Source: Microcoleus sp. (GTDB taxonomy: Bacteria; Cyanobacteriota; Cyanobacteriia; Cyanobacteriales; Microcoleaceae). From it: a DNA stretch of 64,000 nt. Location: positions 1,472,001 to 1,536,000 of the forward strand of contig CP181291.1 in NCBI GenBank assembly GCA_052279835.1. The letters are read 5' to 3'. Positions within the stretch are counted from its first letter, which is position 1, and each line of letters starts with the position of its first letter. The translations under genes were made by a program, and so were the position numbers. Below are positions 1 through 9,493 of this stretch, piece by piece. Below the pieces are notes generated by a model. The model was not told where the DNA came from and made no database searches. It saw only the letters and a program-made list of their open reading frames with translations.

Positions 1-1075
1 CGAAAGTTTGTTTAATGACGGGATGGCGGTTGTTGCTTTTGGATTTTTGGTGGCCTTCTCCCAGGGAACCGCCAATTTATCAGCAGGGCCTATTTTGAGC
101 CAGTTGATAACGGTGGTTGGCATTGGGCTGGGGATTGGGGGGCTGATTGGGTTTGCCATTTCTTATCTGACGCAACGGTTCGATCTGCCCCTGGTAGAAC
201 AGTCCCTCACCTTGGTTTCGGCCTACGGCACTTATTTGATTGCAGAGGACTTGGGGGGCTCTGGGGTGATTGGAGTCGTCACGACGGGGCTGATCTTGGG
301 CAATTTTGGTTCTCGCATCGGCATGAATCCCCGCACTCGCATCATTGTGAGCGAGTTTTGGGAATTTTTAGCTTTTTTTGTCAATTCGATTGTTTTTTTG
401 CTGATTGGGGATCAGATTCGGTTTGCGAGTTTGGGCGAAAATCTCGATGCGATCGCCGTGACGATTGCAGGAGTAATTTTAACGCGGGCGATCGCCATCT
501 ACGGACTGGGAAGCCTGAGCAACCGTTTCGCAAACTCTGAAATTCCCCTGGGCGATCGGACGGTGTTGTGGTGGGGAGGGCTGCGGGGTGCGGTGTCGGT
601 TGCTTTGGCGTTGAGCGTACCTGAAAGCCTTCCGGGGCGGGACGTGGTGATTGCAACGGTTTTTGGGACAGTGCTATTTACCTTACTCGTCCAGGGACTT
701 ACTATTGGGTCAGTCCTCGAAAAACTCGATCTTCTAGGCGACGGGCCCATCCGCCAGGAGTATCTAGAGGCGATCGCCCGTCAGGCTGCTCTGAGTCGGG
801 TACTCCAACGTTTGGGTGAAATAGAGCAACATCCAGGAGTTGAGCCTGACTTTTATGAATATCAACAATCCCTGGTTAAGGGAGAGTTAACCCGCCTAGA
901 ATCTGAAATCGATCGGCTGCAAAATGAATATCCCGATCTACGGACGTTTATTGCTCAACAGCTTAGAGGAGAATTGCTGGCGATCGAAGCTGATACTTAT
1001 GCTGAGTTTGTGCGGGCGGGTCGCTTAAATCAAGAATTGTCTCTGTTTTTGGGAGTTGAGACAATGGAAGATTAG
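1..1075 (+). CDS. CPA1-family Na+/H+ antiporter (5'-truncated by window edge)
   Basis: ESLFNDG motif at the window start, WGGLRGAVSVALAL and TLLVQGLT motifs, many hydrophobic helices, soluble C-tail. Confidence 0.9.
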   Translation, partial: ESLFNDGMAVVAFGFLVAFSQGTANLSAGPILSQLITVVGIGLGIGGLIGFAISYLTQRFDLPLVEQSLTLVSAYGTYLIAEDLGGSGVIGVVTTGLILGNFGSRIGMNPRTRIIVSEFWEFLAFFVNSIVFLLIGDQIRFASLGENLDAIAVTIAGVILTRAIAIYGLGSLSNRFANSEIPLGDRTVLWWGGLRGAVSVALALSVPESLPGRDVVIATVFGTVLFTLLVQGLTIGSVLEKLDLLGDGPIRQEYLEAIARQAALSRVLQRLGEIEQHPGVEPDFYEYQQSLVKGELTRLESEIDRLQNEYPDLRTFIAQQLRGELLAIEADTYAEFVRAGRLNQELSLFLGVETMED

Positions 1076-1250
1076 CTATAGCCTTCCTCGCACCATTTGT
1101 GATTTTCTTACTCCCGCACTTTAATAAGGGGATGGTTGGGGTGGGGTAAAAAAGTTTACTACTGCTGCAAGGAGCGCTATATAGCAATCCTAAATCATTC
1201 GTAAATAGCTGTAGGGGTAGTGGATGGTGTGTGCCTACCCCGTCTACCGG

Positions 1251-1394
1251 TAGGGCGGTTTCATTCTCTTGTAGGGGCAGCTCATAGTGGCTGCCCCAAT
1301 CTCTGAAATGACGGAAAATGGTCTGTGGGGGGGTAGGCATTCTTGGCACTACCCCTACAAAACGATGATTTATCACCAGAATGAAACAGCCCTG
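1251..1394. mobile_element. 144-bp MITE with 10-bp target-site duplication, nested in a REP-like element
   Basis: TIRs TAGGGCGGTTTCATTCT / AGAATGAAACAGCCCTG; flanking direct repeat CGTCTACCGG at 1241-1250 and 1395-1404. Confidence 0.85.
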
Positions 1395-1571
1395 CGTCTA
1401 CCGGGGCAACCGGGCGTGGGTTTGCACCTACCTGATTGATTATCGATCGCTCTTGACCAAGAATGTCTAGATGGTACAAACCCCCGAATTGCTCCGTGGA
1501 ATCAATCCAAAATCTCAAATCCTCAAGCCCCCGAATTGCTCCGTGGGGGCAATGCAAAATCTCAAATCGAA

Positions 1572-1660
1572 TGACACCACCCATCGCTAAAACGAGGGAT
1601 TCCTAAGACTCACAACTTAGGTTTCTGTTTCCTTCCCTAAGCGAGTTGGTAGTTGTCTGA
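1572..1660 (-). mobile_element. IS200/IS605-like right-end relic (no tnpA/tnpB)
   Basis: Minus strand reads GAAACAGAAACCTAAG..CTTAGGAATCCCTCGTTTTAGCGATGGGTGGTGTCA: subterminal hairpin ending in GTCA, like cyanobacterial tnpB 3' ends. Confidence 0.55.
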
Positions 1661-1907
1661 GAGAATGTATTGTGAATATATATGCTATCGAAATTTAAAC
1701 AAAACTCTAATTTATATTTCGTATATTAAATTAAAATATAAGTTGCGTGTTGAAGGTGTTTTCTTCCTGAACCTCTAACCCACATTCCGCAGGTCTTAAC
1801 ATTAATAGTTGGTGATTTTTAGGTAAAAAATGGCTGTAATTCATTGTAGGCAAGCATTTTTCCAATATGTATAAAGATGAATTTTTGTTAATAAGTGTTT
1901 AGTCTCG

Positions 1908-1933
1908 ATCAATAATAGCTGTTAATTATTGAT
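1908..1933. promoter_or_regulatory. Palindromic operator candidate upstream of sbtA
   Basis: Perfect arms ATCAATAA-N10-TTATTGAT; a second palindrome CAATAG-N11-CTATTG lies at 2066-2088. Confidence 0.4.
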
Positions 1934-2249
1934 AATATGTTTGAAGTTAAATTCCTAGGATGAAGTTTGAGCGTAGAAATAATTTTGACGTGTTAAGAAG
2001 CGCGAAATGTGGGTTCTAATCATACTATTATCCATAGGTAAGGAAGCGAACTCATTTGTTAAAGTCAATAGAATTTTTAACTCTATTGCCGACAAAGTTC
2101 CTATCTGCCCGTGGCAAGGCAGTAATCTCCTAACCCCATAGAAGGCAATTGTTGCCTCGTGGATTCTGTGGAAGCCAGCTACCCAGAATTCGAGGTCATG
2201 CTTGCCTGCCGTCCTGACCGCTAAATTCCGATCTAGGAGAAATTACAAC

Positions 2250-3311
2250 GTGGATTTTTTGTCCGAATTCTTGACGCGCTTCGTAGCGCAGTTACAGTCC
2301 CCGACACTGGGTTTTCTAATTGGTGGCATGATAGTTGCCTCCCTCGGTAGCCAACTATTAATTCCAGATCCGGTGTATCAGTTCATCGTCTTCATGCTGC
2401 TGATGAAAGTCGGCCTGACCGGTGGCCAGGCGATCCGCAAATCCAATCCGGCGGAGATACTGTTGCCCGCGTTGTTCGCGGTGCTAATAGGGATCCTGAT
2501 CGTGTTCATCGGGCGCTACACTTTGGCAAACCTGCCGAACGTCAAAGTCGTGGATGCCCTTGCAACCGCTGGGTTGTTCGGTGCCGTGAGTGGCTCTACC
2601 CTCGCCGCCGCCCTGACGCTACTGGAAGAGCAAAACATCCCATACGAGCCCTGGGCCGCCGCACTCTATCCATTCATGGACATCCCAGCCCTCGTGACTG
2701 CGATCGTCTTGGCCAGCATTTATACCAAAAAGCAAGAGTCTCTGATCGACAGGCAGCGCACGATCGCAGGCTATGCCCCCAGCGAGAAGCTCGATACCGC
2801 AGACGATCGGGTGCAGATATGGCCCATCGTCAAGGAAAGCCTCCAGGGTTCTGCCCTAACGGCACTGCTGCTCGGTCTGGCTCTAGGCCTGCTAACCCAG
2901 CCAGAAAGTGTCTATAAAACCTTCTACGATCCCCTCTTCCGCGGCCTGCTTTCAGTCCTGATGCTGATCATGGGTATGGAGGCCGCGGCAAGGGTTGCCG
3001 AGCTGCGTAAGGTAGCCCAGTGGTTCGCCGTATATGCCTTTGTGGCCCCACTGCTGCATGGACTCATCGCCTTCGGTCTTGGCTGGATTGCCCACGTCAC
3101 TACGGGATTCAGCCCTGGCGGCGTCGTGATTCTGGCAGTCATCGCCGCCTCTAGTTCAGACATCTCCGGGCCGCCCACTTTGCGAGCAGGTATCCCGTCG
3201 GCCAATCCCTCCGCCTACATCGGCGCGTCTACAGCCGTCGGCACGCCCGTTGCGATTGCCTTGGGAATACCGATCTACATCGGGCTTGCCCAGGCGCTCA
3301 TGGGCAACTGA
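2250..3311 (+). CDS. sbtA: Na+-dependent bicarbonate transporter SbtA
   Basis: GTG start after AGGAGA gives MDFLSEF..QLQSPTLGFLIGG; GAVSGST and SSSDISGPPTLRAGIPSANPSAY motifs. Confidence 0.95.
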   Translation: MDFLSEFLTRFVAQLQSPTLGFLIGGMIVASLGSQLLIPDPVYQFIVFMLLMKVGLTGGQAIRKSNPAEILLPALFAVLIGILIVFIGRYTLANLPNVKVVDALATAGLFGAVSGSTLAAALTLLEEQNIPYEPWAAALYPFMDIPALVTAIVLASIYTKKQESLIDRQRTIAGYAPSEKLDTADDRVQIWPIVKESLQGSALTALLLGLALGLLTQPESVYKTFYDPLFRGLLSVLMLIMGMEAAARVAELRKVAQWFAVYAFVAPLLHGLIAFGLGWIAHVTTGFSPGGVVILAVIAASSSDISGPPTLRAGIPSANPSAYIGASTAVGTPVAIALGIPIYIGLAQALMGN

Positions 3312-3407
3312 TCTCAGACGGGTCGCGGTCTGTCGGCGACCAACGCGGCAGCTATAATATCAGGGCGATAGCAGGCGGTGCTGTCGTTTTCCTGACTTTC
3401 TACATAG

Positions 3408-3773
<366 letters not shown>

Positions 3774-4092
3774 ATCGAAATACGGTCCCCAAAGCAAATC
3801 TCACTGAACCGCCTATTTAGCCTAGGTTTTAGCCATTCTGAACCGATTGAACCAGTAACCGAAGATTGGGACGGTACAGGCGATATCTTTCCCGATCTGA
3901 CCGCTGCGCTGGTTCAGGGCATCCGGTGGGAATTGTCTAAAAATCAGATAATTACTGAGCTGCTACAGACTGCTAAAGGCGACTCTAAAAAATATCAGGC
4001 ATTGAGTCAGAAACATGATAGTTTGAGAAAAAAATATTCTGTGATTGTGCCCAAATAAAATAAGTTTGTGAACCACTGGCAACGGTGGTTTT

Positions 4093-4275
4093 TTATTGCA
4101 ATTTACCCCAAACTAAAGGCACATCATAGAGTTTTAATTTGACCTTCTTGGAAATCACTGTTAACCCTTCACACAAAGGCTGAGAAATTAACATCTTGTC
4201 AAAAGGGTCTTGATGGTGATGTGGCAAAATACTGAGGTTAAAAATATGAGCACGGGTATCCAGTAAAATTTTTAT
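4093..4275 (-). pseudogene. Degenerate PIN/VapC toxin
   Basis: KILLDT joined directly to LPHHHQDPFDKMLISQ..EGLTVIS..YDVPLVW; middle of the domain is missing and the start codon is ATA. Confidence 0.7.
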
Positions 4276-4465
4276 ATCCCCCAAAATTTATCTGGCAAAG
4301 GCTCATCAAAATCATCTGCAATCACCATTGAGCAGCTATTTAAGCCAGCCTTGGGAATCACAGCCAGCCCAAACGACGAAGGTAAAACTGTAGCAAGCGG
4401 AACACCATATCGGGTTAATGTCTCTTCGATGTGGTTGTGAATATCAGTTAATAAGTAAGTCCACT
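4272..4465 (-). pseudogene. Degenerate Phd/YefM-type antitoxin
   Basis: TRYGVPLA..PKAG..IADDFDEPLP C-terminus overlapping the PIN remnant; no clear start. Confidence 0.6.
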
Positions 4466-4995
4466 TAATTAAACGTAAGATACAGGTGGCTAAAAAGCTT
4501 GCTGTATGAGCCTTCTTCCTTCTTCCTGAATTTCCCCCCTTGGGGGGGGCAGGGGGGGGTGACTTCTTCCTTCTACTTACTTCCAACAGGCGATCGCCTA
4601 ACCGATCGACCTTAAACGTTTTCTTTAACAGTTCACTCTAAGCTAAACATTAAATCGCCCTAGCTCGAATCTAGCACAAAGACAATTCTCGATTGAGGGG
4701 CGATCGCCTCTAGCATCTGAAGCTTTGTTTAAGAGTGTTAAGGAATGTTCAGCATCAATAAATCAGCAGCGTCAGCATTAAGTTTGATGAGAGTTCAAAC
4801 AGTTATAATGCAAAAAGAACGTAAATATCAAGAACCAAGATGTGCTTGCAGTGTATGCTTTGGAAGCACTGCCGCGCCGTTTATCGCTTAGATGGTGGCA
4901 TTTAGTGGGCTTGCTCTGCCAATGTCGAGTTTGTAATCTATTAGAAGCGGAGCGATCGCCCAATATTAGAAGTCATGTTTTGAAATTGGTACAAT

Positions 4996-6609
4996 ATGTT
5001 AAATCCTCGGCAATCTTCATCTATTCGTTACCAAATACTGGGAATCATCACAGCCGTAGCACTGAGCTTAGTTTTGCACGCTGTACCCGTTCTAGCAGCG
5101 AGGACGGCGACATCCGTTGTGGTAGATGGTCGTCCAATTTTTAGGGTCAGTGATGCTGACTCATTGACGGCCGCGGAACGAGCCGATTTGGTCAATTTGC
5201 GACTCAAACAAATTGAGCAATCTCAAGAAACAGTTCGAGTCACAACAGAAGTTCGCAATCAATACCCCACCATTCTGGTTAACGGCAAATACTTGCTGAC
5301 AGTCACTCAATCCGATCTGCAAGAAAATCGCACACCCAGTGAACAAGCTAATGTTTGGGCACAAGAACTAGGTCAAGCTTTGCAGCAAGCTCAAGATGAA
5401 AGAAGCGCCGGATTTATGAAAAATATGGTGCTGCTGGCTGTGGCTACCATAGCTACAGCGATCGCCCTCCACAAAGCAATGGGATGGCTGTGGCGATTCG
5501 CCAGAAAAGAAATTTTCCAACGATTTGTCGAACCATCAAACCAAGAAGTTGGAGTTAATGATTCGCCCAAAGCTTTGAACTTATTATTTAACTTAACTCT
5601 GTTTGGGGGAAGAGTGGCGCTTTGGATTGTCACTGCGCTTTATGTTACCAATCTGTTTCCGGTAACTCGGATTTGGAGTTACACTCTCACCAGCAGTTTA
5701 GTCAGCACTTTCACATCTAAAGCCCTGTCTGTAGGACGCAACAATTACTCTGTCACCGATCTGCTAATTTTAGCTAGTCTGATCCTAGGATGGGTTGTCC
5801 TTAGCGGTGCCATTTCCAACTTCTTTAAACTACGAATTTTGCAAGTCACCCGCATCAGTCGAGGCAGTCAAGAAGCCGTTGCTGCGATCGCCAAATATTT
5901 GCTGGTTGTTGTAGGAACGATCGTGCTGATGCAAATATGGGGCATTGATTTGAGTTCTCTAACAATTATCTTTAGTGCGTTGGGAGTTGGGATCGGTTTT
6001 GGATTGCAGGATATCGCTAAAAACTTTGGTAGCGGTCTGATTTTGCTCTTTGAACGTCCGATTAGAGTCGGCGACTTTGTGAAAGTAGGTAACATAGAAG
6101 GCACTGTGCTCCGTATTGGCGCTCGCAGTACAGTGATTCGCAACCTAGATCAAATTTCGATTATTTTGCCCAATTCCCGTTTCTTAGAGGATGACGTAAC
6201 TAACTGGAATTATGAGACTTCTGTGACGCGGATCAGAATTCCGGTTAGTGTTGCCTATGGCTGTGATATCAGTGAAGTAAAAAAGGCACTGCTCAAAGCT
6301 CCTAGGGGACATTCTGATGTCTTGAGGAATCCAGAACCTATTATTTTTTTCTTGGGTTTTGGAGATAGTTCTTTGAATTTTGAGCTGCGGGTTTGGATTG
6401 CTGAACCCATCGCACAGTATCGTGTCAAGAGTGATTTATTTTTCCGTATTGAAGAACTGTTTCGAGAGTGTGAAATCCAAATTCCGTTTCCTCAACGAGA
6501 TTTGCACCTGCGATCTGGGAGCATTCCTTTAGCTTTATCACCGCAACTAGAGGCCACCTTACGAAACACTTTACTCAAGTCGGAAAATAACTCAACTATC
6601 CAGAAATAA
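4996..6609 (+). CDS. MscS-family mechanosensitive channel with N-terminal periplasmic domain
   Basis: LGVGIGFGLQDIAKNFGSGLILLFERPIRVGD, LPNS, FGDSSLNFEL, IPFPQRD motifs. Confidence 0.92.
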   Translation: MLNPRQSSSIRYQILGIITAVALSLVLHAVPVLAARTATSVVVDGRPIFRVSDADSLTAAERADLVNLRLKQIEQSQETVRVTTEVRNQYPTILVNGKYLLTVTQSDLQENRTPSEQANVWAQELGQALQQAQDERSAGFMKNMVLLAVATIATAIALHKAMGWLWRFARKEIFQRFVEPSNQEVGVNDSPKALNLLFNLTLFGGRVALWIVTALYVTNLFPVTRIWSYTLTSSLVSTFTSKALSVGRNNYSVTDLLILASLILGWVVLSGAISNFFKLRILQVTRISRGSQEAVAAIAKYLLVVVGTIVLMQIWGIDLSSLTIIFSALGVGIGFGLQDIAKNFGSGLILLFERPIRVGDFVKVGNIEGTVLRIGARSTVIRNLDQISIILPNSRFLEDDVTNWNYETSVTRIRIPVSVAYGCDISEVKKALLKAPRGHSDVLRNPEPIIFFLGFGDSSLNFELRVWIAEPIAQYRVKSDLFFRIEELFRECEIQIPFPQRDLHLRSGSIPLALSPQLEATLRNTLLKSENNSTIQK

Positions 6610-6681
6610 TCTAGGCTAGGCAAAACAACAATGCTATAACTAATACAATTTTGGATTTCAAATCAAGCACTTAACTTTCCC

Positions 6682-7794
6682 ATGACAAAAATGCTCTATG
6701 CCCTATTTATGCTCGCACAACTGCCGTTAGATAATGGCGATCGCTTTTTCCAAATTACTCTCATTCTTCTAGCCGGAGGGATTGGGGGATTAACAGGGAT
6801 GGTGGCGATTCCTGCGTTGAGGTTAGCCTTAAATTGGTTAGCTCCAAACTTATTGACACAGAATTATATTCGTGTATTGGTGGCCTCTAGGAACATAATT
6901 TTGATGTTCTTAACTCTGTCGGTGATGGAAGTGATGTTAGTTCTGCTCCCGCACACTGAATCCCTGAGATTAATGGAGTTTGGCCTGAGTGCGGGCATCA
7001 CTTTTTGTGTGGGTTGGCTGCTATCAAGTCTATTTCGAGACTTTTTTAATACCACAATTTTAGGTGTCACTTTTGAGTCCAACCCTAAAGTAAGAGGCGA
7101 GTCTATCTTTTTAATTCGCTATCTTGGAGACTTTGCGATCGCTGTTGCGTTAATTTTAGTTTTTTGTATTACCCATAACATTAATGTTGCGGGCATACTT
7201 ACTAGCTTGGGAATTGGCAGTATAGCCATTGCCTTCGCCGCTCAAAAGACTTTAGAACAACTTTTGGGAGGGATTGTTTTAACCCTTGACCGCCCTTTTA
7301 AAGTAGGGGACTACATTGGCTTAGGAGATGGGCAGCAAGGGAAACAAGGTACTTTTGGCAGAGTAGAAAGTATTGGCTTAAGATCGACCAGAATTCGGAT
7401 CTCTGGTAAAGGTACTCTCACGGTTATTCCTAATAATTCCTTGACTCAAGCTACCATCGAAAACTTTACAGGCGCAAAGAAAGTGATGTCTGTAATGATG
7501 TTAGAGTTTCCCGAACAGGTATCTGCTGACGAGCAAGCATTAATCCGCCAAACTGTTATGGAAAGCACTGTGGACATTTTTGGTTTAGACTGGCGCAGTA
7601 CAGAGGTTTCCTTCAGTGAAAATCATGCCCAAATTTCTTTTTTTATTCTGGGTTCTAATGAATTATCTATGGAACTAAGGCGGCAATTGCTGGATCTGGC
7701 TACCCAACAAATTACCAAACAACTCCAAAAACATAATATTTCTTTTACCCTTAACCAACCAACGATTTATGTGGATGCTCCAATCGCCATTTAA
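6682..7794 (+). CDS. MscS-family protein
   Basis: IAIAFAAQKTL..DRPFKVGDYI..VESIGLRSTRIR..IPNN. Confidence 0.88.
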   Translation: MTKMLYALFMLAQLPLDNGDRFFQITLILLAGGIGGLTGMVAIPALRLALNWLAPNLLTQNYIRVLVASRNIILMFLTLSVMEVMLVLLPHTESLRLMEFGLSAGITFCVGWLLSSLFRDFFNTTILGVTFESNPKVRGESIFLIRYLGDFAIAVALILVFCITHNINVAGILTSLGIGSIAIAFAAQKTLEQLLGGIVLTLDRPFKVGDYIGLGDGQQGKQGTFGRVESIGLRSTRIRISGKGTLTVIPNNSLTQATIENFTGAKKVMSVMMLEFPEQVSADEQALIRQTVMESTVDIFGLDWRSTEVSFSENHAQISFFILGSNELSMELRRQLLDLATQQITKQLQKHNISFTLNQPTIYVDAPIAI

Positions 7795-9454
7795 GCTGCC
7801 AATGAAGCTGATAGTTTTATTTCTGCTCGGTTGGTTTATGTTCACAGCTCCCATGGGTTTTGCTCAAGGTGTTGATGGCCCTCGTTCTTCCGTAGTAGTT
7901 GATGGTATTCCACTTTTTTATTTGCAACCAGTGGATCGGTTTACAGCCTATGAGCGTACTCAATTTGCTAATAACTTGCTGTCTGAGGCTATCTCTAACG
8001 AGAGAGTCATAACTTTTGATGTGCGGAACGATCCTGATACCCGCGCTACCTCAATTTCCTTAAACAAGAATTACCTCCTGACAGTTACAGCTAACGATGT
8101 TCTACCAAATTTTTCTGTATCTCAACAAGCTAAAGAATGGCAAAATATTCTGGAAACAGCAGTTGATAAAGCTAAAAAAGAACGAGAGTCAAAATACATT
8201 TTGCAGAGAAGTATATGGATTTTGATTAGCATAGCAACTATTATTATATTGCGATTTTTATCTCTAATTGTCTCCAAATTATTTAAGTGGGAAATTGGAT
8301 TTTTAAGCAATGTGATTTTTGCTTTTGCTTGGGTAGCGATCGCCCTAGTAAGCTCGGAATGGTTCCCGGTATTACGAGGTATTCGTTATCAGATTTTTTC
8401 CCCATTTTATCAGCCCCAGTGGTTGCTATTTTTTGGAGCATTAGGATGTTCTTTTGTCTTTAGTCAATATGCTCCTGCCTTATTGAGATTGGCTATTAAA
8501 AACCTAGATATCGAATCAGCGGAAAATATTTATAGTGAAATTATTCAACCCAGCGATCGCCTGGTGCAATTTTGTGTCCTCAGTATTTGTCTCACTTGGT
8601 CTCTGACATTATTACAAACATTAGTACCAGTTGTATATAACTTGCTAAAACCGATTGCAAGTTTAATTTTAGTTTGCTGTTTGTATTGGTTATCCACAAA
8701 ACTTAGTAGTCGCTACCTGCGTACCTATGGATTCAAGTTAGGGGGGAAATTTAGTCCCAGTAGCGATGATGCCATTTTGGTATTTGAGACGGTATTTAAC
8801 ATCTTCATCTTTATGGTGGCACTGGTGACATTTGCCCGCAGCGTAAACTTTGACCTGATTGGCTTGGTGGCGAGTTTGGGGTTAGTTGGTTTAGCTGTCG
8901 CCTTTGCAGCCCAAAAAATTCTCGAACAACTGATTGCTACTTTAGTGCTGTATTTAGATCGTCCTTTTGTGACTGGTGACTATATCCGTCTACCCGCAGG
9001 AGAGTTGGGAAAAGTAGAAAGTATTGGTTTGCGATCGACTAAAATTCGTTCTCTTGGTACTGGGACAATTATTGTGATGCCCAATTCCATTTTAGTAAAT
9101 GTAGAAATTGAAAACGTTACCCTGGCTAAAAAAATCATGGTGTTACTGTATATGGATTTTGCCAGTGTTTTAGGAGAACGAGAATATGCGCTAGTACAGC
9201 AAGCCATAATGGAAAAAACTGCTTTTCTATCAGGAATTGATGGTAACAGCACAAATATTGCTCTCGCCGATGGATCTGGAACAAGATTAAGGGTGAGTTT
9301 TGCAATTTTAGGCTCTCAAGATAATGCGATGGAGGTGCGTAAACGCCTACTAGAGCTAGCAAGTGCTGAAATTGCCAAATCTCTATCAGTCCACGGTATT
9401 GTGTTTACAATGGAAAACCCGACGATTTATGTGCAGTCCCCTGTTACTATCTGA
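7769..9454 (+). CDS. MscS-family protein with N-terminal periplasmic domain (start may be 7802)
   Basis: AVAFAAQKIL..DRPFVTGDYI..VESIGLRSTKIR; N-terminal VVVDG..F domain resembles that of 4996..6609. Confidence 0.88.
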   Translation: MWMLQSPFKLPMKLIVLFLLGWFMFTAPMGFAQGVDGPRSSVVVDGIPLFYLQPVDRFTAYERTQFANNLLSEAISNERVITFDVRNDPDTRATSISLNKNYLLTVTANDVLPNFSVSQQAKEWQNILETAVDKAKKERESKYILQRSIWILISIATIIILRFLSLIVSKLFKWEIGFLSNVIFAFAWVAIALVSSEWFPVLRGIRYQIFSPFYQPQWLLFFGALGCSFVFSQYAPALLRLAIKNLDIESAENIYSEIIQPSDRLVQFCVLSICLTWSLTLLQTLVPVVYNLLKPIASLILVCCLYWLSTKLSSRYLRTYGFKLGGKFSPSSDDAILVFETVFNIFIFMVALVTFARSVNFDLIGLVASLGLVGLAVAFAAQKILEQLIATLVLYLDRPFVTGDYIRLPAGELGKVESIGLRSTKIRSLGTGTIIVMPNSILVNVEIENVTLAKKIMVLLYMDFASVLGEREYALVQQAIMEKTAFLSGIDGNSTNIALADGSGTRLRVSFAILGSQDNAMEVRKRLLELASAEIAKSLSVHGIVFTMENPTIYVQSPVTI

Positions 9455-9493
9455 ACATAACTAGAGGCGATCGCACCTTCCAGCGCTGGCTTT

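Noticed and set aside
963..1584. ORFs of 137 and 100 aa
   Set aside because: They span stacked MITE/REP repeats and have no protein motifs
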